Below, piece by piece: positions 32,635 through 42,632 of a stretch of DNA of 48,505 bases. Source of the DNA: Betaproteobacteria bacterium (lineage in GTDB: Bacteria; Pseudomonadota; Gammaproteobacteria; Burkholderiales; SG8-39); the NCBI GenBank assembly GCA_052387375.1, contig JBQTJF010000142.1:1-48505 (forward strand). The letters run 5' to 3'. Below the pieces are notes generated by a model, which did not search any database, was not told the origin of the DNA, and saw only the letters and a program-made list of their open reading frames with translations. Position 1 is the stretch's first letter. Each line of letters begins with the position of its first letter. The position numbers were made by a program, and so were the translations under genes.

Positions 32635-33380
32635 TTCAGCCCCTCGAGCGTGTCACCTCGAGGATTGTATTCGCAACCGATCCAGCCGGCGTAGCCGATG
32701 GCGTCGACGTGCGCGAGCAGATACGGGAAATTGATCTCGCCGGTGCCGGGCTCGTGGCGCTCCGGCACGTCGGCGAGCTGCAGGTGGCCGATGCGCGGCA
32801 GCAGCCGCTCGATGCTGCGCGCGAGATCGCCCTCCATGATCTGCATGTGGAAGATGTCGTACTGCAGGAAAGCGTTGCCCTCGCCCGCGGCGTTGAGCAC
32901 GTCGATCGCCTGCCGCGAGCCGGTGAGGAAGAACCCTGGCACCGTGCGCGTGTTGATCGGCTCGATGAGCAGCTGCATGCCCACCTCGCCGAGCCGGCGC
33001 GCGGCATAGCGCACGTTGTCGACCAGCTGCGCGAAGTGCGCCGCGTCCTGCGGTGCGAGACCGGCGATGCAGTTGAGGCGCGGGCACGAGACCGCCTTGG
33101 CGTACTCGATGGCCCGCTCCACGCCGGCGCGGAATTCCTCGGCCCTTCCCGGCAGGCAGGCGATGCCGCGCTCGCCCTTCGCCATGTCGCCCGCCGGCAG
33201 GTTGTGCAGCACCACCTCGACGCCCGCCGCGCGCGCGCGGCCCGCCAGTTCCGGCGCCGGCCAGGCATAGGGAAACTGGTACTCGACGAAGCGGAAGCCG
33301 GCTTGCGCCGCCGCGGCGAAGCGGTCGAGGAAGTCGAGCTGCGGAAACAGCGTGGAAAGGTTCGCCGCGAGCTTCGGCAT
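32610..33380 (-). CDS. hyi: Hydroxypyruvate isomerase
   Basis: 256 aa from ATG 33380. MPKLAANLSTLF...FVEYQFPY...LNCIAG...HLQLADVPERHEPGTGEINF (TIM-barrel Hyi family). Confidence 0.88.
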   Translation of the reverse strand: MPKLAANLSTLFPQLDFLDRFAAAAQAGFRFVEYQFPYAWPAPELAGRARAAGVEVVLHNLPAGDMAKGERGIACLPGRAEEFRAGVERAIEYAKAVSCPRLNCIAGLAPQDAAHFAQLVDNVRYAARRLGEVGMQLLIEPINTRTVPGFFLTGSRQAIDVLNAAGEGNAFLQYDIFHMQIMEGDLARSIERLLPRIGHLQLADVPERHEPGTGEINFPYLLAHVDAIGYAGWIGCEYNPRGDTLEGLKWARAYLS

Positions 33381-33404
33381 AATGCGAGGATAACTTGAAA
33401 AATC

Positions 33405-34265
33405 ATGGAAGCCGCCGCTCTCCCCTGGTGGATCTGGCCGCTGGCGCTGTTCGCGGTGACCTTCCTGCTCGGCGTCGTCGCCGTGCTGGCAGGCGTCGGC
33501 GGCGGCGTGCTGTTCGTGCCGATCGTCGGTGGCTTCTTTCCCTTTCATCTCGACTTCGTGCGCGGCGCCGGCCTGCTGCTCGCGCTCTCCGGCGCGCTCG
33601 CGGCGGGGCCGGGCCTGCTGCGCGAGGGCCTCGCCAGCCTTCGGCTCGCCATGCCCCTCGCGCTGGCCGGTTCCGTCACTTCGATCGCCGGCGCCCTGCT
33701 CGGGCTGGCATTGCCCACCGCCCTCGTGCAGGTCGCGCTGGGCATCACCATCCTGGCCATCGCCGTGCTGATGTGGCGCTCGCGCCGCGCCGACGGGCTG
33801 GCCGGCGGGCCGGCCGACGCGCTCGGCGAGGCGCTGCGGATGCACGGCGTGTACACCGACCCGGCGACCGGCCGCGAGGTCGAGTGGCGCGCGCGCCGCA
33901 CCGGCAGCGCGTTCTTCGCCTTCGCCGGCATCGGCGTGCTCGCCGGCCTGTTCGGCCTCGGCGCCGGCTGGGCCAACGTGCCGGTGTTCAATCTCATGAT
34001 GGGTCTGCCGCTCAAGCTCTCGGTCGGGACCTCCGGCTTCCTGCTCTCGGTGATCGACACCTCCGCCGCCTGGATCTACATCAACCGCGGCGCGGTGCTG
34101 CCGATGCTGGTGGCGCCGTCCATCATCGGCGTCATGCTCGGCGCGAAGATCGGTGCGCGGCTGCTGCGGGTGGCGCCCGCCGCGACGGTACGCCGGCTCG
34201 TCATCGGCCTACTGCTCGTCGCCGGGGTGCGTGCGCTGCTCAAAGGCCTCGGCCTGTGGAACTGA
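33405..34265 (+). CDS. TauE/SafE (TSUP, DUF81) family membrane transporter
   Basis: 286 aa polytopic protein. LAGVGGGVLFVPI and GLGAGWANVP repeats are typical of the family. Confidence 0.85.
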   Translation: MEAAALPWWIWPLALFAVTFLLGVVAVLAGVGGGVLFVPIVGGFFPFHLDFVRGAGLLLALSGALAAGPGLLREGLASLRLAMPLALAGSVTSIAGALLGLALPTALVQVALGITILAIAVLMWRSRRADGLAGGPADALGEALRMHGVYTDPATGREVEWRARRTGSAFFAFAGIGVLAGLFGLGAGWANVPVFNLMMGLPLKLSVGTSGFLLSVIDTSAAWIYINRGAVLPMLVAPSIIGVMLGAKIGARLLRVAPAATVRRLVIGLLLVAGVRALLKGLGLWN

Positions 34266-34269
34266 GCGC

Positions 34270-34662
34270 ATGAACGAGCAACGCCTCTACGCGCGCTGGC
34301 TCGACTGGGGAACGCGCATCGCCCTGGCGGTGCTCGCCGCCACCTTCCTCGCCTATGTCCTCGGCTTCTCGCCAGCGGCGCTGCCGCTCGCCGAAGTGCC
34401 GCGCTTCTGGACCCTGCCGCTCGATCGCTATCTCGCGCTGAGCGGGTGGCCTGTCGGCTGGGGCTGGCTGCGCCTGCTCGACAAGGGCGAGTACCAGAAC
34501 CTGGCGGGCGTGGCGCTGCTCGGCCTGGTGACGGTCGTGTGCTATCTGCGCGTGCTGCCGGCGCTGCTCGCGCGCGGCCAGCGCCTGCAGGCGGCGCTCG
34601 CCGCGGCGCAGGTGCTGGTGCTGCTCGCCGCCGCCTCCGGCCTGTTCGCGGGCGGGCATTGA
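34270..34662 (+). CDS. DUF1634-like membrane protein (usual partner of TauE/DUF81 genes)
   Basis: 130 aa from ATG 34270 with three hydrophobic segments, 4 nt after the tauE-like stop. Confidence 0.6.
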   Translation: MNEQRLYARWLDWGTRIALAVLAATFLAYVLGFSPAALPLAEVPRFWTLPLDRYLALSGWPVGWGWLRLLDKGEYQNLAGVALLGLVTVVCYLRVLPALLARGQRLQAALAAAQVLVLLAAASGLFAGGH

Positions 34663-34716
34663 ACGGTGCTAGACTTTTCCGGTTTCGAGCCCATCACGAC
34701 TAAATAGGAGAAAGCC

Positions 34717-35301
34717 ATGGGTGCGATCTTCCAGTCCCTCGGACGCACGATCGTCGCGGGCGTCGTCATCCTCTTCATCATCCTCGGCATCGCCGGCACT
34801 TTCGCCAAGACCGGCGACATGAACTGGTGGCGCTTCTTCATGCGCTGGCTGCACGTGCTCTCCGGCGTGATGTGGATCGGCCTGCTCTGGTACTTCAACT
34901 TCGTGCAGACCCCGTCGATGGCCAAGATCCCCGACGAGCAGAAGCCGGCGGTCAGCAAGGTGATCGCCCCGGCGGCGCTGTTCTGGTTCCGCTGGGCGGC
35001 GATGGCGACCATCGTCACCGGCCTGCTGCTCGCCTGGATGAACGGCTACATCGGCGCGGCGTTGAGCCTCAAGTCCCCGTTCACCGCCATTGGCTGGGGG
35101 ATGTACTTCGGCCTGGTGATGTGGTTCAACGTCTGGTTCATCATCTGGCCGAACCAGAAGAAGGCGCTCGGCATCGTGACGGTGGCGCCGGAAGAGAAGG
35201 CCGCCGCGGCGCGCATGGCCGGCATGACCTCGCGCTTCAACACCACGCTGTCCATCCCCATGCTGTACCTGATGGTGGCGCAGCAGAACGGCGGGTTGTA
35301 G
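34717..35301 (+). CDS. Integral membrane protein resembling the N-terminal transmembrane module of urate hydroxylase PuuD
   Basis: 194 aa. AGGAGA Shine-Dalgarno upstream. Motif RWLHVLSGVMWIGLLWYFNFVQ. The family assignment is from memory of PuuD-type N-termini and is tentative. Confidence 0.55.
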   Translation: MGAIFQSLGRTIVAGVVILFIILGIAGTFAKTGDMNWWRFFMRWLHVLSGVMWIGLLWYFNFVQTPSMAKIPDEQKPAVSKVIAPAALFWFRWAAMATIVTGLLLAWMNGYIGAALSLKSPFTAIGWGMYFGLVMWFNVWFIIWPNQKKALGIVTVAPEEKAAAARMAGMTSRFNTTLSIPMLYLMVAQQNGGL

Positions 35302-35305
35302 CCGG

Positions 35306-35752
35306 CTAGCGCCCGGGGATGCCGCCGACGCGCATCCCCGGCTTGATGCCCCGCGCGGCGAACCAGCCGCGGTTCATCTCCAGCGCATAGCGCGCCGGCC
35401 GGGCGGCGCAGTGCGCCTGCTCGCTGAGCGGCGTCATGTCGGCGATATTGATGATCGCGCCGCTATCGTCGAGGAAGGCCACCGAGAGCGGGACGAGCGT
35501 GTTCTTCATCCACATGCACTGCGCGCCCGGCTCGTCGAAGATGAACAGCATGCCCGCGTTGGGGGCCAGCGCCTGCCGGTGCATGAGGCCGCGAGCGCGC
35601 GAAGCGGAATCCGCGGCCACCTCGGCGCGGATCAGGTACATGCCGGCGTTCAGCTCCGCGACCGGCGGCTGCGCCCACGCCGGGACGGCGGCAAGCAGCA
35701 GCAGCGAAAACAAAAAAGGCAGGGACCAGCCCTGCCTTTTCGGCGCAGCCAA
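35306..35752 (-). CDS. DUF192 domain protein, secreted
   Basis: TTG 35752 gives MAAPKRQGWSLPFLFSLLLLAAVPAWA|QPP (signal peptide) and then the DUF192 core (GLMHR..L....GMLFIF......MWMKNT..PLSVAFLD..G.I). Confidence 0.75.
   Translation of the reverse strand: MAAPKRQGWSLPFLFSLLLLAAVPAWAQPPVAELNAGMYLIRAEVAADSASRARGLMHRQALAPNAGMLFIFDEPGAQCMWMKNTLVPLSVAFLDDSGAIINIADMTPLSEQAHCAARPARYALEMNRGWFAARGIKPGMRVGGIPGR
35712..35740 (-). terminator. Rho-independent terminator-like hairpin (GGCAGGG-CUGGU-CCCUGCC then UUUUUU) lying inside the 5' end of the DUF192 gene
   Basis: Read directly. It has an A-run on one side and a T-run on the other, and sits 18 nt after the stop of the small lysine-rich ORF. Confidence 0.6.
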
Positions 35753-35757
35753 ACGCC

Positions 35758-35937
35758 TTACTTCTTCATGTCGTCGGACTTCTTCTTGGTCGCTTTCGGC
35801 TTGGCCTTGGCTTTCTTGGACTTGTCGTCCTTCATGGCCTTCTTCTCCATCTTGTCCGCCTTCTTGTCCTGCGCGACGGCGGAGACGCTGGCCGCGGCGA
35901 ACATCGCCGCGAACAGCACTGCGAGCAGCTGCTTCAT
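35758..35937 (-). CDS. Small secreted lysine-rich protein (59 aa), MXKDX-pentapeptide-repeat-like
   Basis: Not in the track (shorter than 60 aa). My translation: MKQLLAVLFAAMFAAASVSAVAQ|DKKADKMEKKAMKDDKSKKAKAKPKATKKKSDDMKK*. It has a clear signal peptide, a GAAGGGGA Shine-Dalgarno, high third-position GC, and a terminator hairpin downstream. Confidence 0.7.
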   Translation of the reverse strand: MKQLLAVLFAAMFAAASVSAVAQDKKADKMEKKAMKDDKSKKAKAKPKATKKKSDDMKK

Positions 35938-36051
35938 CGTAATCCCCTTCTCTAGAGTGGTTTGGGTAAGACCGGGCTGCTTCCCGGCCCCCCACGCTTA
36001 ACGCGCCTCGCGCGCTGCGGTTGACCATCGCCCTAAACGATTGAAATCAAA

Positions 36052-36057
36052 TATAAT
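36052..36057 (+). promoter_or_regulatory. Candidate -10 box TATAAT upstream of icd
   Basis: Sequence gattgaaatcaaaTATAATcgc, 48 nt before the icd ATG. No well-spaced -35 is seen. Confidence 0.3.
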
Positions 36058-36104
36058 CGCAGCCCTTTCCACCGACCCAGCCCGCAGGAGCCTTCCACTT
36101 ACCC

Positions 36105-37361
36105 ATGGCCTATCAGCACATCAAGGTGCCCGGCGGCGGCGAGAAGATCCGCGTCGCCAAGGATCTCTCGCTCGCCGTGCCCGACAACCCTATCATCCCC
36201 TACATCGAGGGCGACGGCACCGGCGTCGACATCACGCCGGTGATGCTCAAGGTGGTCGACGCCGCCGTCAAGAAGGCCTACGGCGGCAAGCGCAGGATCG
36301 TCTGGATGGAAATGTTCGCCGGCGAGAAGTCCTGCCGCATCTACGGCGAAAACGTGTGGCTGCCCGAGGAAACGCTCGCCGCCTCGAAGGAGTACGTCGT
36401 TTCGATCAAGGGCCCGCTCACCACGCCGGTCGGGGGCGGCATCCGCTCGATCAACGTGGCGCTGCGCCAGGAGCTCGACCTCTACGTGTGCCTGCGGCCG
36501 GTGCGCTGGTTCAAGGGCGTGCCCTCGCCCCTCAAGGAACCCGACAAGGTCGACATGGTGATCTTCCGGGAGAACTCCGAGGACATCTACGCGGGCATCG
36601 AGTGGCCGGCGCACTCGCCGGAGGCGAAGAAGGTCATCGATTTCCTCATCAAGGAGATGAAGGTCAAGAAGATCCGCTTCCCCGGCTCCTCGGCGATCGG
36701 CATCAAGCCGGTGTCCGTCGAGGGCTCGGAGCGACTGATCCGTCGCGCCTACCAGTACGCGATCGACAACAAGAGGAAGTCGGTGACGCTGGTGCACAAG
36801 GGCAACATCCAGAAGTTCACCGAGGGCGGCTTCCGCGACTGGGGCTATCAGCTGGCGGTGAAGGAGTTCGGCGCCAGGCCGCTCGACGGCGGTCCCTGGC
36901 ACTCCTTCAAGAACCCCAAAGGCGGCCCCGACATCGTCGTGAAGGATGTCATCACTGACGCCATGCTGCAGCAGGTGCTGCTGCGGCCGGCCGAATACGA
37001 CGTGCTCGCGACGACGAACCTGAACGGCGACTACATCTCCGACGGCCTCGCCGCCGAGGTGGGGGGCATCGGCATCGCGCCGGGCGCGAACCTGAGCGAC
37101 ACGGTGGCCATGTTCGAGGCGACCCACGGCACGGCGCCCAAGTACGCCGGCAAGGACCATGTGAACCCGGGCTCGGAGATTCTTTCGGCCGAGATGATGC
37201 TGCGCCACATGGGCTGGGTGGAGGCCGCCGACGCCATCATCGGCTCCATGGAGAGGACCATTGCCGACAAGGTCGTCACCTACGACTTCGCCCGCCAGAT
37301 GCAGGGGGCGAAGCAGGTGTCGTGCTCGGGCTTCGGCCAGGCGATGATCGAACGGATGTAG
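36105..37361 (+). CDS. icd: NADP-dependent isocitrate dehydrogenase (homodimeric type)
   Basis: 418 aa. [28 protein letters not shown], and [10 protein letters not shown]. Confidence 0.95.
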   Translation: MAYQHIKVPGGGEKIRVAKDLSLAVPDNPIIPYIEGDGTGVDITPVMLKVVDAAVKKAYGGKRRIVWMEMFAGEKSCRIYGENVWLPEETLAASKEYVVSIKGPLTTPVGGGIRSINVALRQELDLYVCLRPVRWFKGVPSPLKEPDKVDMVIFRENSEDIYAGIEWPAHSPEAKKVIDFLIKEMKVKKIRFPGSSAIGIKPVSVEGSERLIRRAYQYAIDNKRKSVTLVHKGNIQKFTEGGFRDWGYQLAVKEFGARPLDGGPWHSFKNPKGGPDIVVKDVITDAMLQQVLLRPAEYDVLATTNLNGDYISDGLAAEVGGIGIAPGANLSDTVAMFEATHGTAPKYAGKDHVNPGSEILSAEMMLRHMGWVEAADAIIGSMERTIADKVVTYDFARQMQGAKQVSCSGFGQAMIERM

Positions 37362-37376
37362 CGGGGCCGCTTCTCC

Positions 37377-37406
37377 AAAAAAAGGCCGCCTCTGGGCGGC
37401 CTTTTT
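37377..37406. terminator. Bidirectional rho-independent terminator between icd and cspA
   Basis: AAAAAAA-GGCCGCC-TCTG-GGCGGCC-TTTTTCTTT. Confidence 0.85.
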
Positions 37407-37429
37407 CTTTCCCAGCCCGGTAGTACCGG

Positions 37430-37633
37430 TCAGACCTTCTGGATGTTCGAGGCTTGCTTCCCCTTGGGCCCCTGGACCACGTCGAAGCTGACTTTCTGGC
37501 CTTCCTTCAGCGTCTTGAATCCGGACATGTTGATCGCCGAGAAGTGCGCGAACAAGTCCTCGCTGCCGTCATCCGGCGTGATGAAGCCGTAGCCCTTCGC
37601 GTCGTTGAACCACTTCACCGTGCCTGTTGCCAT
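37430..37633 (-). CDS. cspA: Cold-shock protein, CspA family
   Basis: 67 aa. [34 protein letters not shown] (RNP1/RNP2). Track ORF 37430..37762 is over-extended into the 5' UTR. Confidence 0.93.
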   Translation of the reverse strand: MATGTVKWFNDAKGYGFITPDDGSEDLFAHFSAINMSGFKTLKEGQKVSFDVVQGPKGKQASNIQKV

Positions 37634-37979
37634 GCGCTCTCCCTTTGTTGCTTGGTTGTTGATCGCGCTACCGGGCGTTGTGACCGGAGCCGTGCCTGGA
37701 ACTCGACGACCCCGCCGCCCCGAAACGTAGACCTCATGGCGAAACAGACAGCCTGAATCCAAACACAGCCCGCCTTTTCCGCGCCCCTCGGAGGCTCGTC
37801 AAGGGCCGTGCCTGCGGCTGTTGCGCGCGCGCAAGACCGTGATAAAGCACCGGAATCCGCCATCCGCGCGAGCAGCGCCGGGTTTGCGCAGCCCCCCCAC
37901 ATTGATTACGATAGGCTCGGGAACCGGGCGGATGGGGCCTGGTCAGATTTTTGCGGGGGGCAAGGGCGCGTAGCGCGGC

Positions 37980-38285
37980 ATGGCGCAGTTCAAGGACGAC
38001 ACCCTACTGGAGGCGCAGCGGGCCAAGCTGAAGCCTCCGCCGATGTTCAAGGTCATGCTGCTCAATGACGACTACACGCCCATGGAGTTCGTCGTCGTCG
38101 TGCTACAGAAGTTCTTCGGCATGACCCGCGAGAGGGCGACCCAGGTGATGCTCAAGGTGCACCGCGAAGGCATCGGCGTGTGCGGGGTGTACCCGCGTGA
38201 CGTGGCGGCTACCAAGGTGCAGCAAGTCGCGGCATACTCTCGGAAGCACCAGCACCCGCTGCAGTGCGTGATGGAGGAAACGTAG
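37980..38285 (+). CDS. clpS: ATP-dependent Clp protease adaptor ClpS
   Basis: 101 aa. [22 protein letters not shown]...F. Confidence 0.93.
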   Translation: MAQFKDDTLLEAQRAKLKPPPMFKVMLLNDDYTPMEFVVVVLQKFFGMTRERATQVMLKVHREGIGVCGVYPRDVAATKVQQVAAYSRKHQHPLQCVMEET

Positions 38286-38289
38286 CAAC

Positions 38290-40551
38290 ATGATCGCGCA
38301 GGAGCTCGAAGTCAGTCTGCACATGGCCTTTGTGGAGGCCCGGCAGAAGCGCCACGAGTTCATTACCGTCGAGCACCTGCTCCTCGCGCTGCTGGACAAC
38401 CCGACTGCCGCGGAAGTGCTGCGCGCCTGCGGCGCGAACATGGACGAGCTGCGCAAGAGCCTGACGCAGCACATCGCCGAGCAGACGCCGCGGATCGCCG
38501 CCGACCGCGAGGTCGACACCCAGCCCACCCTGGGCTTCCAGCGCGTCATCCAGCGCGCCATCCTGCACGTGCAGTCCTCCGGGAAGAAGGAGGTGACCGG
38601 CGCCAACGTGCTGGTCGCCATCTTCGGCGAGAAGGACTCGCATGCCGTGTACTTCCTGCAGCAGCAGGGCATCGCCCGGCTGGATGTCGTCAACTACATC
38701 TCGCACGGCATCACCAAGACGCCGCAGGCGCACCAGGGCAAGAGCGAGCAGGAGGCCGACCAGGAAGGCCAGGCCGAGACCTCCAACAGCCCGCTCGACA
38801 ACTACACGCAGAACCTGAACGCGCTCGCCCTCGCCGGCAAGATCGACCCGCTGATCGGCCGCGACAAGGAGCTCGAGCGCGTGGTGCAAACGCTGTGCCG
38901 CCGGCGCAAGAACAACCCGCTGCTGGTCGGCGAGGCGGGCGTCGGCAAGACTGCCATCGCCGAGGGGCTGGCACGGCGCATCGTCGAGGGCAACGTCCCC
39001 GACCTGCTGGCGAAGTGCACGGTGTACGCGCTCGACATGGGCGCGCTCCTCGCCGGCACCAAGTACCGCGGCGACTTCGAGCAGCGCCTGAAGGCGGTGC
39101 TGAAGCAGCTGGTCGACAACCCGAACGCCGTTCTCTTCATCGACGAGATCCACACCGTGATCGGCGCCGGCGCCGCCTCGGGCGGCACGCTCGACGCCTC
39201 CAACCTGCTCAAGCCGGTGCTCTCCACCGGGCAGCTGAAGTGCATCGGTGCGACGACCTACAACGAGTATCGCGGCGTGTTCGAGAAGGACCACGCGCTG
39301 TCGCGCCGCTTCCAGAAGATCGACGTGATCGAGCCGTCGGTCGACGAGACGGTGGAGATCCTCAAGGGCCTGAAGACGCGCTTCGAGGCGCACCACAGCG
39401 TCAAGTACACCGCCAACGCGCTCACCACCGCCGCCGAGCTCTCGGCGCGCTACATCAACGACCGTCATCTGCCGGACAAGGCGATCGACGTGATCGACGA
39501 GGCCGGCGCGGCGCAGCGCATTGCGCCCAAGGCCAAGCAGAAGAAGATCATCGGCAAGTCCGAGATCGAGGAGATCATCGCCAAGATCGCGCGCATTCCG
39601 CCGCGCAGCGTCTCGACCGACGACCGCAGTGCCCTGGCGAACCTGGACCGCGATCTCAAGGCGGTGGTGTTCGGCCAGGATCAGGCCATCGACGCGCTCG
39701 CCTCGGCGATCAAGATGGCCCGCTCCGGCCTCGGCAACCCGCAGAAGCCGATCGGCTGCTTCCTCTTCTCCGGGCCGACCGGCGTCGGCAAGACCGAGGT
39801 GGCGCGCCAGCTCGCGTCCTGCATGGGCATCGAGCTGCTGCGCTTCGACATGTCGGAGTACATGGAGCGGCACGCGGTGTCGCGCCTGATCGGCGCGCCG
39901 CCGGGATACGTCGGCTTCGAGCAGGGCGGCCTGCTCACCGAGGGCATCACCAAGAAGCCCTACTCGGTGCTCCTGCTCGACGAGATCGAGAAGGCCCACC
40001 CGGACATCTTCAACGTGCTGCTGCAGGTCATGGACCACGGCACGCTCACCGACAACAACGGCCGCAAGGCCGACTTCCGCAACGTGGTCATCGTCATGAC
40101 CACCAACGCCGGCGCCGAGTCGCTCGCCCGCACGCAAATGGGCTTCACGCCTTCGGCCAAGATGGGCGACGAGATGGAGGCGATCAAGCGGATGTTCTCG
40201 CCGGAGTTCAGGAACCGCCTCGACGCCATCATCTCCTTCCGCGCGCTCGACCACGAGGTCATCATGCGCGTGGTCGAAAAGTTCCTCATGCAGCTCGAGG
40301 AGCAGCTGCACGAGAAGAAGGTCGAGGCGCACTTCACGCCCGAGCTGAAGGCGCACCTGGCGAAGAAGGGCTTCGACCCGCTGATGGGCGCGCGGCCGAT
40401 GGCGCGCCTCATCCAGGACACCATCCGCCGCGCGCTCGCCGACGAGCTGCTGTTCGGCCGCCTGCAGCACGGCGGCAAGGTCACCATCGACGTCGGCGAC
40501 GAGGAGAAGGTCCGCCTGCGGTTCGAGGAAGAGCCGGCGCCCGTCGCCTAA
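38290..40551 (+). CDS. clpA: ATP-dependent Clp protease ATP-binding subunit ClpA
   Basis: 753 aa. N-domain, then two AAA+ modules ([15 protein letters not shown] and [15 protein letters not shown]). Confidence 0.96.
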   Translation: MIAQELEVSLHMAFVEARQKRHEFITVEHLLLALLDNPTAAEVLRACGANMDELRKSLTQHIAEQTPRIAADREVDTQPTLGFQRVIQRAILHVQSSGKKEVTGANVLVAIFGEKDSHAVYFLQQQGIARLDVVNYISHGITKTPQAHQGKSEQEADQEGQAETSNSPLDNYTQNLNALALAGKIDPLIGRDKELERVVQTLCRRRKNNPLLVGEAGVGKTAIAEGLARRIVEGNVPDLLAKCTVYALDMGALLAGTKYRGDFEQRLKAVLKQLVDNPNAVLFIDEIHTVIGAGAASGGTLDASNLLKPVLSTGQLKCIGATTYNEYRGVFEKDHALSRRFQKIDVIEPSVDETVEILKGLKTRFEAHHSVKYTANALTTAAELSARYINDRHLPDKAIDVIDEAGAAQRIAPKAKQKKIIGKSEIEEIIAKIARIPPRSVSTDDRSALANLDRDLKAVVFGQDQAIDALASAIKMARSGLGNPQKPIGCFLFSGPTGVGKTEVARQLASCMGIELLRFDMSEYMERHAVSRLIGAPPGYVGFEQGGLLTEGITKKPYSVLLLDEIEKAHPDIFNVLLQVMDHGTLTDNNGRKADFRNVVIVMTTNAGAESLARTQMGFTPSAKMGDEMEAIKRMFSPEFRNRLDAIISFRALDHEVIMRVVEKFLMQLEEQLHEKKVEAHFTPELKAHLAKKGFDPLMGARPMARLIQDTIRRALADELLFGRLQHGGKVTIDVGDEEKVRLRFEEEPAPVA

Positions 40552-40634
40552 AGAGAAGTCATTATCAATATCGCCGCTTGACGCGGCTGTAGCGGCTGGC
40601 AGAGACTTCTGCGATCAAGGAGGGAGGGGATCGC

Positions 40635-40940
40635 ATGAGATTCGCCATCGTCGCTTGCGCCGCGCTCGCGGCGCTGCCGCTGAGCGCGCCGGCCCAGGAC
40701 ATGACCACGGCGCGCAACCTCGCCGCCGGATGCGCCATCTGCCACGGCACTCAGGGCAAACCGGCACCCAACGCGCCTCTCATCCCGCTCGCCGGGCTGC
40801 CGCGCGATCACATCGCAACGCAGATGCGGGCGTTCCGCGACGGCCGTCGTCCGGCGACCGTGATGCACCAGATCGCCAAGGGCTATACCGACGCGCAGAT
40901 TGACGCGATGGCGGCGTGGTACGCCGCGCAGAAGAGGTGA
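40635..40940 (+). CDS. fccA: Monohaem cytochrome c (flavocytochrome c sulfide dehydrogenase small-subunit-like)
   Basis: 101 aa. Signal peptide and a single CAICH haem motif, 4 nt upstream of the fccB-like gene. Confidence 0.7.
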   Translation: MRFAIVACAALAALPLSAPAQDMTTARNLAAGCAICHGTQGKPAPNAPLIPLAGLPRDHIATQMRAFRDGRRPATVMHQIAKGYTDAQIDAMAAWYAAQKR

Positions 40941-40944
40941 TGCC

Positions 40945-42186
40945 ATGAGACGACGTGATTTTCTGAAGCTCGCCGGCGCCGTTTCCCTTGCCGGGTGCGC
41001 GAGCACGGCGCCTGCCAAAGCGCGCGTGGTGGTTGTCGGCGGCGGCTTCGGCGGCGCCACCGCGGCAAAGTACGTCCGCCTCTGGGACCCCTCGATCGAC
41101 GTGGTGCTGGTCGAGCGCGAGGCGGCGTTCGTTTCCTGCCCGATCTCGAACCTGGCGCTCGCCGGATTCACCGGCATGGCGGAGATCAGCCGCGGCTACG
41201 ACGGCCTGCGCCGCCAGGGCGTCCAAGTGGTGCAGGACGAGGTGACGGCCATCGACGCGGGCAGGAAGGCGCTGCGGCTCGCGCGCGGCGGCGAAATGTC
41301 CTACGAGCGGCTGATCGTCTCGCCCGGCATCGACTTCACCCTGGACGAGATCCAGGGCTACGACGCGGCAATGCGCGCAGGCGGCGTGCTGCACGCGTGG
41401 AAAGCCGGGCCGCAGACGGTCGCGCTGCGACAGCGGCTCGAGCAGATGCGCGACGGCGGCGTCTACCTGCTCTCCATCCCGCTCGCGCCCTACCGCTGCC
41501 CGCCGGGGCCCTATGAGCGGGTCAGCGTGGTGGCTGCCTACTTCAAGCAGGCCAAGCCGCGCTCCAAGGTCCTGGTGCTCGACGCCAATCCCGATGTGAC
41601 CTCGAAGGGCGGCCTGTTCAAGCGCGCCTGGAGCGACCTCTATCCGGGAATCATCGAGTACCGCGGCAACGCCAAGGTGATCGCGGTCGAAACCGGCGCC
41701 GTGCGCACCGACTTCGACACGGTGCACGCCGACGTGCTGAACGTGGTGCCGCCGCACCGCGCCGGCGACATCGCCGCAAAGAGCGGCCTCATCACCACCA
41801 ACGACCGCTGGTGCGACGTCGACTGGCGCACCATGGAGTCGAAGGCAGTCAAGGGCGTGCACGTGCTGGGCGACGCGACGCTGTCGGCGCCGGGCATGCC
41901 CAAGTCCGCCAGCATGGCGAACAACCATGCGAAGATCGCGGCGGCCGCCGTCGTCGCCATGCTGAACGGGCGCAGCCCCGCAGCGGTGAAGATCATCAAC
42001 ACCTGCTACAGCTTCGTCTCGGAGAAAGAGGCGATCCGCGTGTCTTCCGTGCACGAGTGGCAGGACGGGCAAAGCACGCTGGTGCCGGTGAAGGGGGCGG
42101 GCGGCGTGTCCGCGGCGCGCAGCGAGGACGAGGGGAAGTTCGCCTGGAACTGGGCGCGCACGATCTGGGCGGACTCGCTCGCCTAG
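40945..42186 (+). CDS. fccB: Flavocytochrome c sulfide dehydrogenase flavoprotein subunit (FCSD/SoxF-like)
   Basis: Tat signal [32 protein letters not shown] fold. CPISN and [10 protein letters not shown] (conserved redox Cys pair region). ATG at 40945. Confidence 0.85.
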   Translation: MRRRDFLKLAGAVSLAGCASTAPAKARVVVVGGGFGGATAAKYVRLWDPSIDVVLVEREAAFVSCPISNLALAGFTGMAEISRGYDGLRRQGVQVVQDEVTAIDAGRKALRLARGGEMSYERLIVSPGIDFTLDEIQGYDAAMRAGGVLHAWKAGPQTVALRQRLEQMRDGGVYLLSIPLAPYRCPPGPYERVSVVAAYFKQAKPRSKVLVLDANPDVTSKGGLFKRAWSDLYPGIIEYRGNAKVIAVETGAVRTDFDTVHADVLNVVPPHRAGDIAAKSGLITTNDRWCDVDWRTMESKAVKGVHVLGDATLSAPGMPKSASMANNHAKIAAAAVVAMLNGRSPAAVKIINTCYSFVSEKEAIRVSSVHEWQDGQSTLVPVKGAGGVSAARSEDEGKFAWNWARTIWADSLA

Positions 42187-42632
42187 CCGCTGCCGGTCGA
42201 GCCGAAGCCGCCCGCGCCGCGTGCGCTGGAGGCGAAATCCTCGACCACGTCGAGCTCGACCTGCACCACCGGCACGATCACGAGCTGCGCGATGCGGTCG
42301 AGCGGCCGGATCGTGAAAGCGGCCCCGCCGCGGTTCCATAGCGACACCATGAGCGGGCCCTGGTAGTCGGAATCGATGAGGCCGACCAGATTGCCCAGGA
42401 CGATGCCGCTCTTCGCGCCCAGGCCCGAGCGCGGAACGATCATCGCCGCATGGCCGGCATCGCCGATGTGGATGGCGATGCCGGAGGAAACGAGCTCGCT
42501 CTGCCCCGGCCGCAGGACCAATTCCGAGGACACGCACGCACGCAGGTCGAGCCCGGCGGCGCCCGCGCTCGCGTAATGCGGCAGCATGTCGCGGATCCTC
42601 TCGTCGAGGATCCTGACTTCGAGCTTCTTCAT
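42183..42632 (-). CDS. dut: dUTP diphosphatase
   Basis: 149 aa. [23 protein letters not shown], and GGFGSTG. ATGA overlap with the coaBC stop. Confidence 0.95.
   Translation of the reverse strand: MKKLEVRILDERIRDMLPHYASAGAAGLDLRACVSSELVLRPGQSELVSSGIAIHIGDAGHAAMIVPRSGLGAKSGIVLGNLVGLIDSDYQGPLMVSLWNRGGAAFTIRPLDRIAQLVIVPVVQVELDVVEDFASSARGAGGFGSTGSG

Noticed and set aside
38209-40470. A 753-aa ORF antisense to clpA, the same length as ClpA. There are many similar long antisense or alternative-frame ORFs in the track, for example 1151..2581, 3019..4149, 5240..6238, 13272..15170, 17689..19512, 19645..20952, 21204..22517, 23578..25527, 26755..28644, 29795..31624 and 31198..32622.
   Set aside because: Their translations are Arg/Ala/Gly/Pro-rich low-complexity strings with no motifs. 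Each lies opposite, or out of frame with, a gene that has unmistakable family signatures. Stop-poor shadow frames of this kind are expected in very GC-rich DNA.
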